The notes beneath the pieces are model-generated. The model saw nothing but the letters and a program-made list of their open reading frames with translations. It was not told the DNA's origin and searched no databases. Shown here piece by piece: positions 23,901-37,762 of a DNA stretch of 64,000 nucleotides; positions within the stretch are counted from its first letter, which is position 1, and the number at the start of each line of letters is the position of its first letter. A program made the position numbers and the translations under genes. Origin of the DNA: Marsupella aquatica (Eukaryota; Plantae; Marchantiophyta); contig OZ316893.1 of NCBI GenBank assembly GCA_973895155.1, positions 24,479,520-24,543,519 of the forward strand. Direction: 5' to 3'.

Positions 23901-25779
23901 GAGCTTTGCCATTAGGACCAGAAATGTTATAGCACACCGACGAACCGTACCCATGGATCGAGGTTAATAGGGGGTGATCATACTAAACCGGTCCGGATCT
24001 CCAAGTTTAACGGTGAAGGTAAACCATTTCCGGGTGCAGCTGAAAGACAGACGGCCCAGACGGCCCAGACTGCCCTAAGCATGCAAATATGCCTTGATTG
24101 ATGCACTAAGTGCTCCGGCATATGGAAGAGGGGCACACATCATCATCCCATGGCTCCAAGCCACAGACTCTCTCCTGTTCTTTCGACATTTTATTCGATG
24201 CGCCTCGTGTTTTTTTATGGTCCTGGTCTGTGTTCCCAACTGCCCGTCAAGGGTTCTCTTCATACTCATGAGCTTTGCTTGAGACCTGCTCTAACGTGAT
24301 CACAATCATGATTGAGCTCGAAGAAATGGCATGCTTTGACCAATCCTAATTTCAATGCTGCTTAGCTCAAGTTGGATAAACTGGCCATAGATCTCATCTT
24401 GTGGCTACAAACCATTAAGATTCTGCCGCATAGTTTCGCAACAGAATGTCGTTACTTTAGACCCCAAAATGTGGCATTCTAAACCGTTCGGTCATTACGG
24501 TCCATAGTGTCATTTTGAGATACTGACCTGCAGAAGAATGGCAACTGGCATTGCAACCACAATGCTGCCTCTGATAGTCACTCCAGATCGCAGCAGGAGC
24601 TCTATGCAACCTCTGGGGAGTGCAGAGTAGCATGAAGAGTGTCCTGCATCACTTGCCAAACCGCTCTCCCCCGCTCAAGGGATGGTGCCCAGAAACATTT
24701 TTTTCATCGTCATGGGCTGCAAAAATCGAGACTGCATTAGTATCAAGCAGCATCTGAACGCCTCCCTCACTTTCTATTGATGCGCTTTGAGATTCAAGAA
24801 ACTGGGGTCTAATACCCCTCGCATTAAAACCCCATTAATGTCCTCTGTTTTAGGAAACGGTATTCATACCTTTGGGAGTGGGAGCTCCACACGAAATCCG
24901 TGGACATCTGGGTCGCTAGTAAAGCTGCGAACTGATTATACGACCTCTTCTTCTGCAGCACTTCACCTCAAAAGAAGCAATTCACCATCTCTTTTCTTCT
25001 CACCCACATTCTTTGCTGAATCCGTGCAACCACTACTAAATTCATTTATTAGTTGGTAATGACACCCTCCCCATGCGCTTACTCTTGCCTTGTGTGTCTC
25101 AGTCACCTTGACTGCCCTCCTCTCAAACTGCCCTCCACTGTTTTCGCACAGATGATATCAGCTTTGTGCACCCAGAGGATTTCAAAACATTTCGGCAAAT
25201 CAGAGGCGCAAATAAACTAGAGTAGTAGAGCCCTCACCCTAAAGAGTCCCCTTAACTTTAATTACAAATCTCCAAGACATACAACGTACATATAAATTAG
25301 TGTTGCAAATATACTCCACAACACCTAAAAGAGAACAAAATAGCTTGGCAGCACTTGCCCTTTCATTGTAACAACTTGATGTACATAAATTCAAATATTT
25401 TTTAGCTTTGAGCATATGGTACAGGAGTAGGTAAGCTAAACTTCCATCAAAATGACAGTGAATTTTTGGCCATTTTGGTTGAGTTATTCATTATGGAATG
25501 TAAAGGGTTAGATTCTATTAAATCAATTTTCATTGTGTTAATATGGAATATTAGGGCTTGGATTGTTAAGCCATGGAACCCTAGGCCAGCTTGGCCTGGA
25601 GAGTCTGAAATTTGAATGAGAAATAGAGTAAAGTGCAAGTAACAAATAGTGACAGATGAGACTTTTCTTGTGTAAAACTGAATTGAATGGTTCCAAAAAA
25701 CTCACTCAGGCTTTATGCTTGATAACCCATCCCCACTTGGCAATATAGTGTGTCTCAAAGCATGGCCCTAACAAGTTAC

Positions 25780-26810
25780 AAGTTGGCCATATAAGGACTG
25801 AGTTGCCATAAGGACTGAGTTACATGAACGACCATAAAAGTTGCAAGAGGCAAAAATTGGCTTCCCTAAGAAAGTGCCGCAGCCATTGACCAAAACCCGT
25901 AACTTTAACTCTGAAACTTTGAATTCAGGTCATCACAACATAGAGTCATCACAACATTGCGTCATCCAGGGACAGAAACGAGATGCCAGTTATTGTGTAT
26001 TATTAGAATGCTGTCATGACCACTTGTCAAGACAATAGACTTGGTCTTCCCCAATAGGGATGGGCAAAAAGCACTTACTCTGAGCGGGAGTACCCATAAT
26101 TCATCCCTTATGGCACGGGTCAATGCATGTCCCCCTGTAACCAATAGGGAGTGTCAAAGTTCTCAACCAAAGTGTTATGGCTTTAATTTTTTGGACCTAT
26201 CACCCTTATGGGGTACTATTTTGGTAGCCCATAGCCATTTTGTCTTGGCCATAACAGCTTTTTATGTCCTGAACCGTAACTGAGTTACAACTATGCTTTG
26301 ACACACCATAATGGTCCATAATTTCTGGTCATAAGGTATTTTATGGGCACAACTGGTGTCCCGTAACTTTCCTTATGGCCTTGCTTTGAGACTTCCTAAT
26401 AGGTAGTCTCAAAGCTGAGTCATTAGTGAAAGTTACGGAATTGTGGTATATCCCATAACTCCTATTATGGGACCCAATTATGGAATAGTAAAAATGGGGG
26501 GAGGTAGCATTGACCCACCCCATAAGGCAGGAGTTATGGCATCACCCGTCTCATGGCCTGTGTTCTTTTTTCCTCCATTCTTGATCAGCCGCTACCTCCA
26601 ATGCAACAGACATTGCCATGTCAGGACGGTGCAAAGCCCAGGTGCCAGCAATTGCGGCTTTCCAGAGTTCTAGAGTCCTGGATTTGTGGATTTGCACCTA
26701 AAGTCGCGGGAAATTTACAGATCAAGTGTTAAGCCCGCAGGCTTTCCCTACGGTAGCTAAAGATCGGCTCCCATAACAGCTCCCATAACTTTTACCGAAG
26801 TTCCCGTGGG
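25780..26810 (+). repeat. CCATAA/TTATGG-rich repeat, copy 2 (longer), probable non-autonomous DNA transposon
   Basis: Homologous to 5760-6195, with dense ccataa/ttatgg motifs on both strands. Confidence 0.7.
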
Positions 26811-26812
26811 AG

Positions 26813-26952
26813 TGAATTATCTTGTAGTTACGGTAGTGCCTTACGTTGTTAACGCCAGGCTTTGAGAGGCCTTAATGGTGTAGAATTCTCTTGTAGTTAT
26901 GGGAGTGCCTTATGTTGTTAAGGCCAGGCTTTGAGAGGCCCTAAATGGTGTA
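26813..26952. repeat. 69-bp tandem duplication
   Basis: cttgtagtta(c/t)g(g)...gccaggctttgagaggcc..aatggtgta occurs at 26821 and 26890. Confidence 0.85.
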
Positions 26953-28060
26953 ATCCCCTTGGGCTCGGCGTATTACCTACTCTTGGGGGTTACCTTACAC
27001 CTTTACACTAGAGTACTGTATAACGGAGAAGAGAGAGAGAGAGAGAGCATTCTGAGATGGTTGCTGTTGGCAGTTGACAGTTATGTATATTGCTCTTGAA
27101 TCTCATCCCCCTGGAATCGCCACCCACAGAGAGCGAGAAAGAGAACGGGAGAAGAATGCATTCTTTGAAGTTTTCTCTGGCAGTCTTGGCTCTCGATTCT
27201 CAACTACTCGGAATGCCCGGGTCGGAATTGCGTGATTGCATATTCATTTTTTAGAACTTGTTCATCCTTCTTCCACACTCTGATCTGTCATTGTGCTCTA
27301 CTGGGTCGGAATCGGGAATGGCTTGATTGAATTCATTCCAGTGTGCTCACTGTTCTTCTTCCATTGTTCTGCTCTGTTGTGCTCCTCAAGGTCATGATCA
27401 GAATGGCGTGATTGGGCTCAAATTGGGTCATTCCCAGTGTTCGTGGATGGAGGCACACAGTATCGGCAGTGTCCCAGGCTGCGAGAATAGATATTGTCGA
27501 ACAGACGATTTGTTGAGGCGGAGGATTGGCTGCTCTGATTCTCGCCGCCCTCCTCCTTCTGTCTCTTCCTCTCAATTCATAAAAGAGTTCTCTCCCTCTC
27601 GATCTATGTATCGGCCGTCATTCATCCCGTCTCGTCTGTTGAAGAGGAGACTCTGCATTGGGACGAATTTGATTGATGGCGTATCGTTTTTTGACATGGA
27701 GCGAGAGGGTTCCACGCATGGGGAGAGAAACGTCTGCTTAGAAATGAGAGACCGTGAGGTACGACATTCTTTTATGAATTGAGAGAGTAAGAGGGACTTT
27801 TATTGATGGATACTTGGAGCAGGACATAATACATTTATGAATTGAATCGGTGATAGTCGTGAAGGTAGAGGAGACATGGTGTTGTAGAATTATGTCCTGA
27901 TTTATTTACTTTCGTCCTGGCCCGCAGGAGGCAGAGTCATGTTACCTCCGGAGATGTGTCTGTGTTGTGCACTGCAAGCTTAGTGCTACTGCTGCTCATC
28001 AGCAGTTGTCTGTGCTGACGTTTGAGGGAAGTTGAAATCGAATTTACTGGAGACAGTGGC

Positions 28061-29536
28061 ATGGCGATCCGGAGGGCAGGGTCTGTCCTTGCACGGAGGT
28101 TGATAGCCGTGGCGGAGCAGTCGAGGAGCGGAGTGAGCGAATTGAATGCAACACGAAGTTCTTTGGTCACATCGGCATGGAGCGTTCCTTATCAAGAAGA
28201 GTATGTCGAGCCCGGATTGTTGGCGTCGGTGTCAGCCCAGGCGTATCGTCATCCATTTCCTGAGTGGACGTTTCCGTGGGCCTTGCAAGGATTTCAGAAG
28301 CCACGACAAATATTGTTGCCATCCTCTGCTGAAGAGCGAAGGGAGTCAATGCTTCGGGACGACGATGACGAAGGAGATGATGAAGCGGAGGAGCCCGCGA
28401 AGGATTTGGTGCTGAATGTTGCAGAAACGAGAAAGATTGTACAACAGGTGAATGCAGTTGCGTTGAAGAACAGACTAAAAGCTGACCCCCGGGATAGTTT
28501 TAGTTACCGAGATCTACTTGACTTTATCAAAGAAGCAGGAGTGGCTTCAACTAATGAAGAGGCGATGCGGTTCGCTCGCATTCTCGACGAGGCCGGAATT
28601 GTGCTTATTTTCCGGGACAATGTCTATATCCATCCGGAGAGGGTGAGTCCTCTGCCAGCACTTCGTTTCTTTTGATTCTTCTGCTGTAGGTAGTTTCCTA
28701 CTTTTATCATCAACACTTTCTTAGTTTCCTACTTTGTGTTCGAGGACTAGTACATTTTACTATTTTCTGTGAATTCAATGCTCTTAGTATTTTCTGTCCA
28801 ATTCGTTTCAAAATTGGCCCCACACTCTGAGGACACTCTTCGAAAAGTTGGAGAGCTTGGCCATTTCAATGCCCCCTGTCTTCTTCGAATCGTTCGGTGT
28901 GGGAAACATAATGATTTCTGCCCCTTGCAATTCTTCATATTCTCCATCCAACCTTATCATTTGAATGAGAATGGTAATCGCAGAATGTCAGCCTCCCGCT
29001 GCTCGTCCGAATTTCGTTTAGGGGGTTTCTTTTCTTTTCGTCGGCCGAGGAGTCGTCATCAAACGAAGATGTTTTGACTATTGTTCTCTATGTGATAAAA
29101 GGTTGCAAAGCTCGTGGCACATGCACTTCCCTTTGCCGTCGTCCCAATGGATGATCCCCGTCGAGCGGAGCTCATGCAGCTGGAGCAGCAGAAGATCGAA
29201 GTAGATGCCATTGCCCGCAAGCAAGTGCGGAGATACTTGTGGACGGGGTTATTAGCACTTACCTTCCAAGCAGCGCTCTTCTTCCGGCTGACCTTTTGGG
29301 AACTGTCATGGGATGTGATGGAGCCCATCGCTTTCTTCGTTGGCTCAGCTGGACTCATCGTTGGCTACACCTTTTTCCTCTTCACTGCGAAAGACCCCAC
29401 TTACAAAGATTTTATGGAGAGGCTCTTCCGCTCGAGGCAGATGAAGCTTCTCAAGAATAAAAATTTTGACCACTCAAGGTATGAGCTTCTCAGGAGGCAA
29501 TGCCAATGTCTCGACCTTGATGAGAAACATTCGTGA
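28061..29536 (+). CDS. MCU: Mitochondrial calcium uniporter (MCU/DUF607) family protein, 338 aa; exons 28061-28642 and 29102-29536; probable 5'UTR intron 27759-27927
   Basis: Arg/Ala-rich N-terminal presequence MAIRRAGSVLARRL, conserved LDEAGIVLIFRDNVYIHPE, two TM helices around the pore motif FWELSWDVMEPIAFF. Phase-0 GT..AG intron 28643-29101. Confidence 0.93.
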
Positions 29537-30378
29537 CCTACGCCCTTTGGCCATTCTCTTGTTGACAACTCGGGAGCGCTTCCGCTCGTCTATCACATTC
29601 TTTCACTGTCGGCATCCTCTGCAGTACTGTACTTTAAGGTACAAAATTATGACTCTACTGCCAAAACATAAATGGCGGAGCCTGTCTCAAGATCGGGGAG
29701 ATAGTCCTTGACAAAACGTTTGTGGGCCCGAGCTAATTTCTTGGTGGATTACAGCGGTGTGGTTTGTAAACCAACGGCCACAGCCTCAAATCAAGCAAAG
29801 CTTAGCAGAGGCCATCTAGATTACCATTATTTTTGTTCCGATCTAGATAAGAAGACTTGGACAGGAGTTTGCGATGCTTCGCTTCACTGCCCAAAAATTT
29901 GAGACAAGACTGCGATGGCGAATCTCAGCAGGCAATTACGCAACACAGCATAATCTTGTTTCTTCTCTCTTACCTGTACGCGATCATCGAATTACATTCA
30001 CAATTGATGTATCCAGTAAGAGATGAAACGTTGGATGTTGAAGAAGAACCTCGCCTTCCATTTTGTGGCCCCGGTTGACAAGAGCAACTTTGCAAGATGG
30101 GGATTTTCTGCTGCAAAGAAGACTGTTGGAAACTCTTTGAACATCGCCAATCACAGAGGATTGTACATTGCATAGCTGAAAGCAATTTCAGACCACCAGT
30201 CCAGTGATTGACTGCAAAATGAATCTCTTCAACTCTCAGTTTCTAGGAGCACTCTTAACACGAACGTCAGCCAATTTGGACAAGCTTTGGTGACCAATCC
30301 ACAAGGGATACTGAAATCCACAATGGATACTGGGCTGCAAAGGATTCAGGATTTGCTTTGGGGACAGTGGCATGCTAC

Positions 30379-30743
30379 GAGCATCTCCAACAGTAGGATC
30401 AAATGCACCATGGGCTGAATTTGGAGGAGTGGCTTCCCCACCTAGGGAGCCTAGTCCTAAATAAATGGCAGGCAGTCTAAATTTTCACACCCTTACCTCC
30501 ATATTTGGTAAAAATGGCAGAGAGACCTCTATTCTGAGATTCTATCACATGTCACAAGATCCTGGATATGATCTTGTACCTAGTTATGCCAATACATCAT
30601 TTTGGAAGGATAGGGGTCAAAGAAAGAGGTGAACTGCCGGTGATTGAATTCAATATGGATGCTATTCTAATTTTTAGGCCTTCAAATGATGGGCTATATT
30701 TTGAGTTTAGAGGTCATTGACCCCTAAACCATTGGAGATGCTC
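30379..30743. mobile_element. Tourist/PIF-Harbinger-type MITE, 365 bp
   Basis: TIRs GAGCATCTCCAA / TTGGAGATGCTC. Flanks TAC / TAA fit a 3-bp TWA target duplication with one mismatch. Confidence 0.85.
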
Positions 30744-32039
30744 TAAGATCCTCCTTGTAAGGTCCATGTGTGCAATATCTTCAATGATAGAGTATATTTC
30801 ATCCTAAATTATAATTCTCACTAGCTCAATGTTCATGCAACTCAAAATTGCAACTTCATCTTCTTTGTTTTGACCAAAGTCATTTCTAAGAATTTTTTTC
30901 CTGAAAACGTGATGTGAGTAGGTTTTAGTGGGGGCTCTGTTCACAGGTGGTTCTTGTTATTTCTCACTAAGTGATGGGCTAGGCAAGGCCCAAGGGTATA
31001 AACTCTAGATTAAGCAAATATGACTTATAATATTAATACACTAAAACAGATTTAAAAGCACCTTCATTTGTACGAATCCTTTTCCTTAGTTTATTACATA
31101 AGGAGGGGCCCCAAGGCCAAGTCCACCATAATATCTACTCCCACCAGTGCCATTTCATGGTCAGTTTACAAATTTGAAAGGGAAAACAAAATCTAGCAAT
31201 CACATGCTTCCAAAGATGTATTTGCCAGTGTTGGATTGTCTGTAATAGGGTGCCCAAGGAGGGGTCAATGGAATGATGGGCGGGAGGACGGAACAACAAT
31301 TAGTGTAAGACTGATTCATGCATAGAGCCCGCTCTCGAATTAGTGAGAATAACACTAATGAGGACTATCAGTGTAGATTTCATGCAACCCAACATGTTCT
31401 CAAGGATACTCTTTCCATAATGACACACTTTTGTGCTAACAAAAATTCCACAGCTACAACTAAGATGCAACAGCTGTGTGATTCAGGTAAAGTTTTTGTC
31501 ATGATAGTGACTGAGAGAGCACAATTTTCAGCATGGTAGCTGAGGACAAGGTAGATACTTCAAGGAGGCTTATATGGCAAGCTTTTGCTAAAGTGGTGTT
31601 GTAGGGGTAATGAGAGTGATTCTTTTTTGAGAGTGTTGTGGATGGGAAATTTTGAGCTTCTATATTTTGAATGCACTTTTCAGATTCTGTCTTATTCATA
31701 ATTTTTTTTTCATGTGTTTTTATTTCAATGTGCCTTATCAAGGGGCATCCTTTGTATTATATAGATTTTAATGAATTTTTGTGCCCCTTTAATTTTTGGT
31801 ATCTTAGAGAATTTTGATCTCATTTGGCAGCCCGGCCTCTTACTCTTTAACCCCAATGACTTTAATTTCTACCATGAGATAGAAAAATGATTCTAAATAA
31901 ACATGAACACATGGTATCTTAAGTTCCCCTCATGACTTTCTTCCCTAAGTTTATGGTTTTTGTTGAATCGAGTATCATTAATAACTAAGGCACACTGAAT
32001 TAAGTGCACACATCATAGGCCTTTGTGTCATAACCTGAG

Positions 32040-32325
32040 CTTAGGGGCCTCAATCCAACGGGTGTTGCATATCACGCTCAAAGTTTTGGGGGAATAAACG
32101 CCCTAAAACTTAAGTCAATAAAGTTTTTTTGAGAATTTTTTTCCCCTAACTTCTAAAGTTGGTTTTAAAAAACCCTATGATTCTTATAATTCTCAAAACT
32201 GGATTAAAAACAACTCTAATGTTCTTCAACAAATTTTTAAAAGTCTTTCAGTAAACCCAATAAAAAAACTGTATACTTATTCGTGTGTGATGGGTTGGAA
32301 GAAAAGAAGACTTGGGGACCACTTA
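32040..32325 (+). mobile_element. Older degenerate relative of the 8-bp-TSD MITE family (48444, 49329)
   Basis: Shares ccctaaaa, ttcttataa(g)tctcaaaa(c/t)tggatt, aatgttcttc and ccaataaaa blocks in the same order. Confidence 0.6.
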
Positions 32326-33007
32326 ATTACATATCACTACAAGACAAAATATCAAGCATGCATGTTCCAGGATGAGCATGCATGCTATATGGACTGGAAG
32401 AAAATGGGGCCGGAGAGCAAGCGAGCAAATGACAGAGCAACATGCTATATGGACTGGAAAAAAATGAGAGCAAGCCAGCAAATGACAGAGCTGCTTGTCA
32501 ACTTTGCTTATTGATTTGCAGAAATAACAAGTGGGCTGAACAGGTCAGACAAATAAGTGGGAGTTAATCTGAGACCAATTCTGTTGGGCAGATCATGCAA
32601 ACTCAGCCTCAGCAAATGGATTGTTTCATAGTAATTGTACATGGTTAACTTGACCCCTGAGCAAAATAGTGGCAATCTACTAAACCAAAAAAGGTGGCTA
32701 ATTACTAATTTTGCCAAAAAGGGGTGGCAATGTACTATTCTCAGTGTCATTTTATATCATCAACAACTATATTACCCAATCTCTTTTCTATCATTGTTGT
32801 CAGCCATGAAATGCACTTTGGGCAGGATTAATGAACTGTGGCTGTCTGATCAAAATGCCTTTTTCTTTTTGACCTTCAATCACCCAAAAGTAGCCCCATG
32901 CACACACAAGCAAACAGGGTCCAGAGTGGCAGAACCCCTAATACATATATGAGGGAACTGATTTTTTTTGGAAGACGATCAGGAGTGGATCTGGTTGATG
33001 GCCAGGG

Positions 33008-33185
33008 GAGTACGCAATCATGGTCATAGAAATGAGTGTCCAACTCCAATGAGTGACTCCTGTGAGTATGTCAATCACGGCCATAGAAATGAGTGTCCAT
33101 TCAACTCCAATGAGTGACTCCTGTGAGTATGTCAATCACAGCCATAGAAATGAGTGTCCAACTCCAATGAGTGACTCCCGTGACC
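33008..33185. repeat. ~57-61-bp tandem repeat, 3 copies
   Basis: catagaaatgagtgtcca..actccaatgagtgactcc occurs three times. Confidence 0.9.
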
Positions 33186-35499
33186 ACCTGTAGAGTGAAA
33201 TGACCATTACTCATAAGACAACATGATTGCACATAAGCAACATCCACCAAATACACAAATAGTTGATACAAGTAATATGGTTCACCTCACTAGAGGCCAT
33301 GTCCACAAAGAGCTCTACTGAACTCTAAGCGCGTCAGTCATACCAAGTCTTCATAAGCCAAGCTCTTTTTATCTTCTAATGGGCTCCGTAACAATGAGCC
33401 TAAATTTCACCCACTAACTAAGTCTTGCTACTGTAGTGTAAATAGTAGTTGCACATCTAACCGTAACTAAGCACTTGACTATGGCTCGACTAATTGCGGT
33501 TACATAGTTACTCTAGACGGAAGAGTGAATGCATAACACCATCAACCAAATCACGAACGTTGCCATTGGCAAGGATGTTTTCTTGATCAAGTGAGGATAT
33601 CGTCACTGGCAATGGTGCACTTTCCAGGATCTTGGAGCCCATCACCTCTTGAGAGCTAGAAATGAATGAAGGGCCAACAACAAACAGAAGGTTTTGCGTA
33701 GAAAGATCTATAAGTCTTGCTACACTCTTGATTCCTACAGTCAATCATGAGACGTTCCAAATGAATCACAACTTGATTAATTAATACTCCAAACTATTGA
33801 CAACAATAAGACCTTCCAAGCAGATGGGTTGTGGATCATCTCCCATGCTTGTGGAGAGATTTGGGCCCCAAATTAGAGGGCATAATGTAAACTGGGGACA
33901 GGCAGAACACCAACCATATTTAAAAGGGGACTTCCTAGCTTCCGCTCTGGAGAGGTGATGGGCTCCACAATTTTGAAAAGTGAAAAGTGCAGACTGCCCC
34001 AAGTGCCAGAACATAAACCCAAGGTAGATGCTGCAAAGTTGATCAGGCCGGAGCACGTGACAAAATGTTAGAGTCTTGGTTTATGTTTTGGCAAACTCGG
34101 GCCGGAGCTGGCAGCAACATCGGGGACTAGGACGGACAGTGTATGGGCCCCAGGAAAATGCGAGAACATTAACTTGTTGTAGATTTAATGCATGGTCTTG
34201 CCTGGGGACAGTAATTGTCAGTGGCAACATGCAAACTAGAAACGTGAAACGACACACGCTACTCTACATAGGATCTCTGCTAAAAGAAAAAAACAAATGA
34301 AGAGCTCACAAATCGACACTGCAGAGACAAACTGAAGATGAGAGCAATCGATCAAGTGAACAACTCGAATGGCAAAATGGCTTGCTGGGAAGGCTGCAAA
34401 CACGAGCTCGTGTGTAGAAAATTTTCGGCCAGAACAGGAGTTGGAGAGCAAAAGTGAATTGCAGGTAGAACATGAGAGAAGAATTGCAGAAAGGCTTGAC
34501 GAGAGAGAAACGACAACGACCGAAGCTGAAAATGGGGCAGTACACAGTATCAGGGTTCAGAACCTGAAGGCATGTTGCAATTGAAATGGACTGATACTTG
34601 TTGCAAGGACAGCAACTGACATTTACAAGACTCGATTAGGAAGGACGCATTGGAACCTCGGTGGAACTCGTGACAGGCAAGGTACATGACCCCAAGAAAG
34701 CTGGGGAGCCTTAACTAGGGGTTGTTTTAACTCGCTCTGCAAATTGCACAGACCAATTCAATTAGTGTTGTAAGCTGCTGTACATGACGATCAGTAAAAT
34801 TCGTTGGGACATCAGAGACAATAGTAGTTGATGATCAGTACATTAAGTTGGGACATGACTCACAGTAGTACTATCAATTAGTTGTAGATGATCAATACAA
34901 GTAGTTGGGACATGACAGACAATAATCAATTAGTTGGACACCATGGACAATCGGAAACATTAGATAGATCAGTCTGAAGCAAGGCTCTTCAGTCATTAAT
35001 GTCCACTGCTTTTCCACTGTCCTGCATAACATGGCAACATCTAACATCCAAACGATAATTAGAGAAAGTCACTTTCAGGTTTCAGGAAAGGCGGATATGA
35101 ATGTCGTCTTCATAAAACATCTGACGAATTGGAGGAGACGTCATCACAGCGAGGGCTCAATTCTTGGGAAGCTGTTTGATCAGCTCAACTATATGGAAGG
35201 TTGAGATTGGCCTCGACTGCTGGGACACCAAGATTGAGCGTTGGTCGTTCGCAATGGAAGCAAGGACAGTATTGCATTCTGGAGCCAGAAATCGTAACCT
35301 CGACACAGCTTTGCAGTCAAAGAGAGAGCATGCCGGGATGCCACCGCAGGACGTTCTTAAGAGTCCTGCCCACCTGTTAAGATGTACAGGCTCTAAGGCG
35401 CACTAATAACGAAAAGGGACTCGAGCAGAGCAATGAACACATAAGCTTCTAAAGAAAACCTGAGCACTGCACAGCTGTAGACGATGACAACCAGAGCTT

Positions 35500-37090
35500 C
35501 TAAAGAAAACCTGTTGCACTGCACAGCTGTAGAGGATGAAGGAAATTATGCAAAATTATCCAGGATAAGAGTGGACTGATCAAGAGAGCCATGGTAATAA
35601 CCATTTGATCTTCGCAATATGAGAAAAAGGAAGACAAGAGTGGGATTCCACATATAGAGAACGCACACAAACGAATTGCTAACTGTTCCAGCAGTTGTGA
35701 AAATAATCTTTCCAGACGATGCTGTAGACCAATGATTCGAGACATCGAGGCACTTTTCCCTGGTCCACGGGGTGAGACCAAAGTCCGCAACATTTCCAAA
35801 ATTCAGATTTACGTGAGCTCTGTAGGCACCATCCCTAGGGGATGCTAATCGAAGGGCTAACAAGGCAGTCGTCCAACGTTCAATGAATGGCGCAGTGTGC
35901 TTGACATGAAAGGTTAGACGAAACCTTTATCGAAAGTGGAAGAACAGTAATCATATCCATTGCGCATCTCGTGACTTCAAATCTACAGTGGCTCTTCCGT
36001 CGTAACAACATTATTATTCTTCATTATTGATATTTTATTCCAATCAATACCTGCCAGAGACTTGCCTTGCTTCAGAAGTATTAGACTACCAGCATGTTCA
36101 TCTAAGGTGGGGGAGGACAGTTGCATGAGCCGAGCTACATGCAGTGCACCGAAAGTCGTGTCAATCAGTCGGTGATAAACAGTCATGATGGTCATCTGCC
36201 GTGCCAATTTATCTCTATTCGTGCATCAGTCCAGTAGACAGATAATCGTAATACCAGTAATAATTGCAATAAGGCAAACAAGAAGTCTATGAACAAGTTG
36301 CATTTACCGTAACACCAAACTATCTGAGCTTCTCCTTTCTCGGGTGCTCAATCAGATATGCAGCTGACATTACTCGTGATCATTGAATGACTCTTACAAA
36401 AGATACTTAGTTTGTGGGTAAGCGAATTTTCCTGCTTGATGCTGTGGAGACGTACGATGAGGGGCAGTCAATTCTGAACCGCGACCTTGGTTCATCACAA
36501 TCAATCTCCCTACCAAATCTCTCTCTTGCACTCTGAGGCGAGGAACTTGCCGAATTTCCTTGTTCAAATTGTCATTTTCACTGCCATTCACATTTCTTAC
36601 CAGAATCAACAGGGATGTTGAGAGTACCTTCTACCTTCTTCGCCCCTGTCACAACATTGCATCCAAAGTTGTGATCCGGATCAAATGAATTGGATGCCAG
36701 AGACAAGGTTAGGGCACGATGAGCATCAGCAGATTGGCATATTTTTCAGTGTCGTCAGGACTAATTAAGCTCACAGCAGGCACGACCTGCAATGCCAAGT
36801 TCCCAGACGAAGATCGGGTCAATTTGCGCCAAGATACATCCTACAATGAGGCAAATTTGGGCTCAGGAAAAAAACACGACTGAGATTGTTCAGGTGTTGG
36901 GACTGTTCACTTCCTTGTCAATAGATCTTAAAGCGAGAAACCTTTTGTCTTCAGAAAGTAATCTCTGAAGGAGTATTATATTGGATGCGGGGAGAGTTTC
37001 TGTGGCTACTCACAACGTCCCATACATGTGACCGTTGTTGAACTTTTGTGCACTAGTGGAATTCAATGGAATCTTTCCCTTCGTGTACAA
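35500..37090 (-). pseudogene. Highly eroded LRR-RLK remnant
   Basis: Minus-strand fragments GKIPLN (~37070), YLGAN..SGNL (~36820), TLSLASNSF (36709-36683), then kinase-like VADFGL (~35790) and AGT, in ectodomain-to-kinase order with no open frame. Confidence 0.4.
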
Positions 37091-37762
37091 GGTACTGTAG
37101 CCGCTTCTCGTCTTAAGACACTAGAATTAAGTATTCACCACTAGAAGTAGACGCCAGCTATATAGAACTATTCTCAAGGTACGTAGTACGCACTCGGCCT
37201 AGTGCGTAGTAGGTAGGAAACTTGTGGACTATCACCGGGTACTTTACTTGCTTTTGGCCTCCGGGAAATTCCACCAGATTGAAGAGCCGTTCATCTCAGG
37301 CACGCTGCAGCCTGAGCTCAGATCTATAGAAAACGTGTATAGGAAAGAAGGGAAGTAGAAATCTGTTACATCAATTCACCTGAGAAGACTCGTGTCAGAC
37401 TTTGCAGTCAGCCCGGGAGATCTGTGAAAAGGTAACCTTTCTCATGAGAAATTGGCCGGGGCTGTGATGCGGTGCAGAGACGACGCCTCACTCAATAATC
37501 AGGACTCTCCCAGGCTTGGTACACCAGTAGCTGACCGGCGACAGATATCTACGCGTTTTGAAACCCACCCCCTCCCCCTCCGGCGCCATCATCACCACCA
37601 CAGTTCCCTGGCTGGGATTCGAATTAATAATGTGACTTGAATGCAACATTGAGCTTGAAAATTACGACTTCCAAAGCAATCCTTTAAAAGTGAATCAAAT
37701 AACCAAGTGAACGAGAGCTTGGCGAAAAAACCAGTTGGACCTGAGAAGGGGTGAGCTAGGGG

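Noticed and set aside
27327-27782. 151-aa ORF upstream of MCU
   Set aside because: TTG start, no domain, and it runs into the probable 5'UTR intron; treated as leader sequence.
33008-33185. Regularly spaced repeats here and at 23716, 11225 and 53026 as CRISPR-like arrays
   Set aside because: Whole units are repeated with no unique spacers, the context is eukaryotic, and no cas genes are present.
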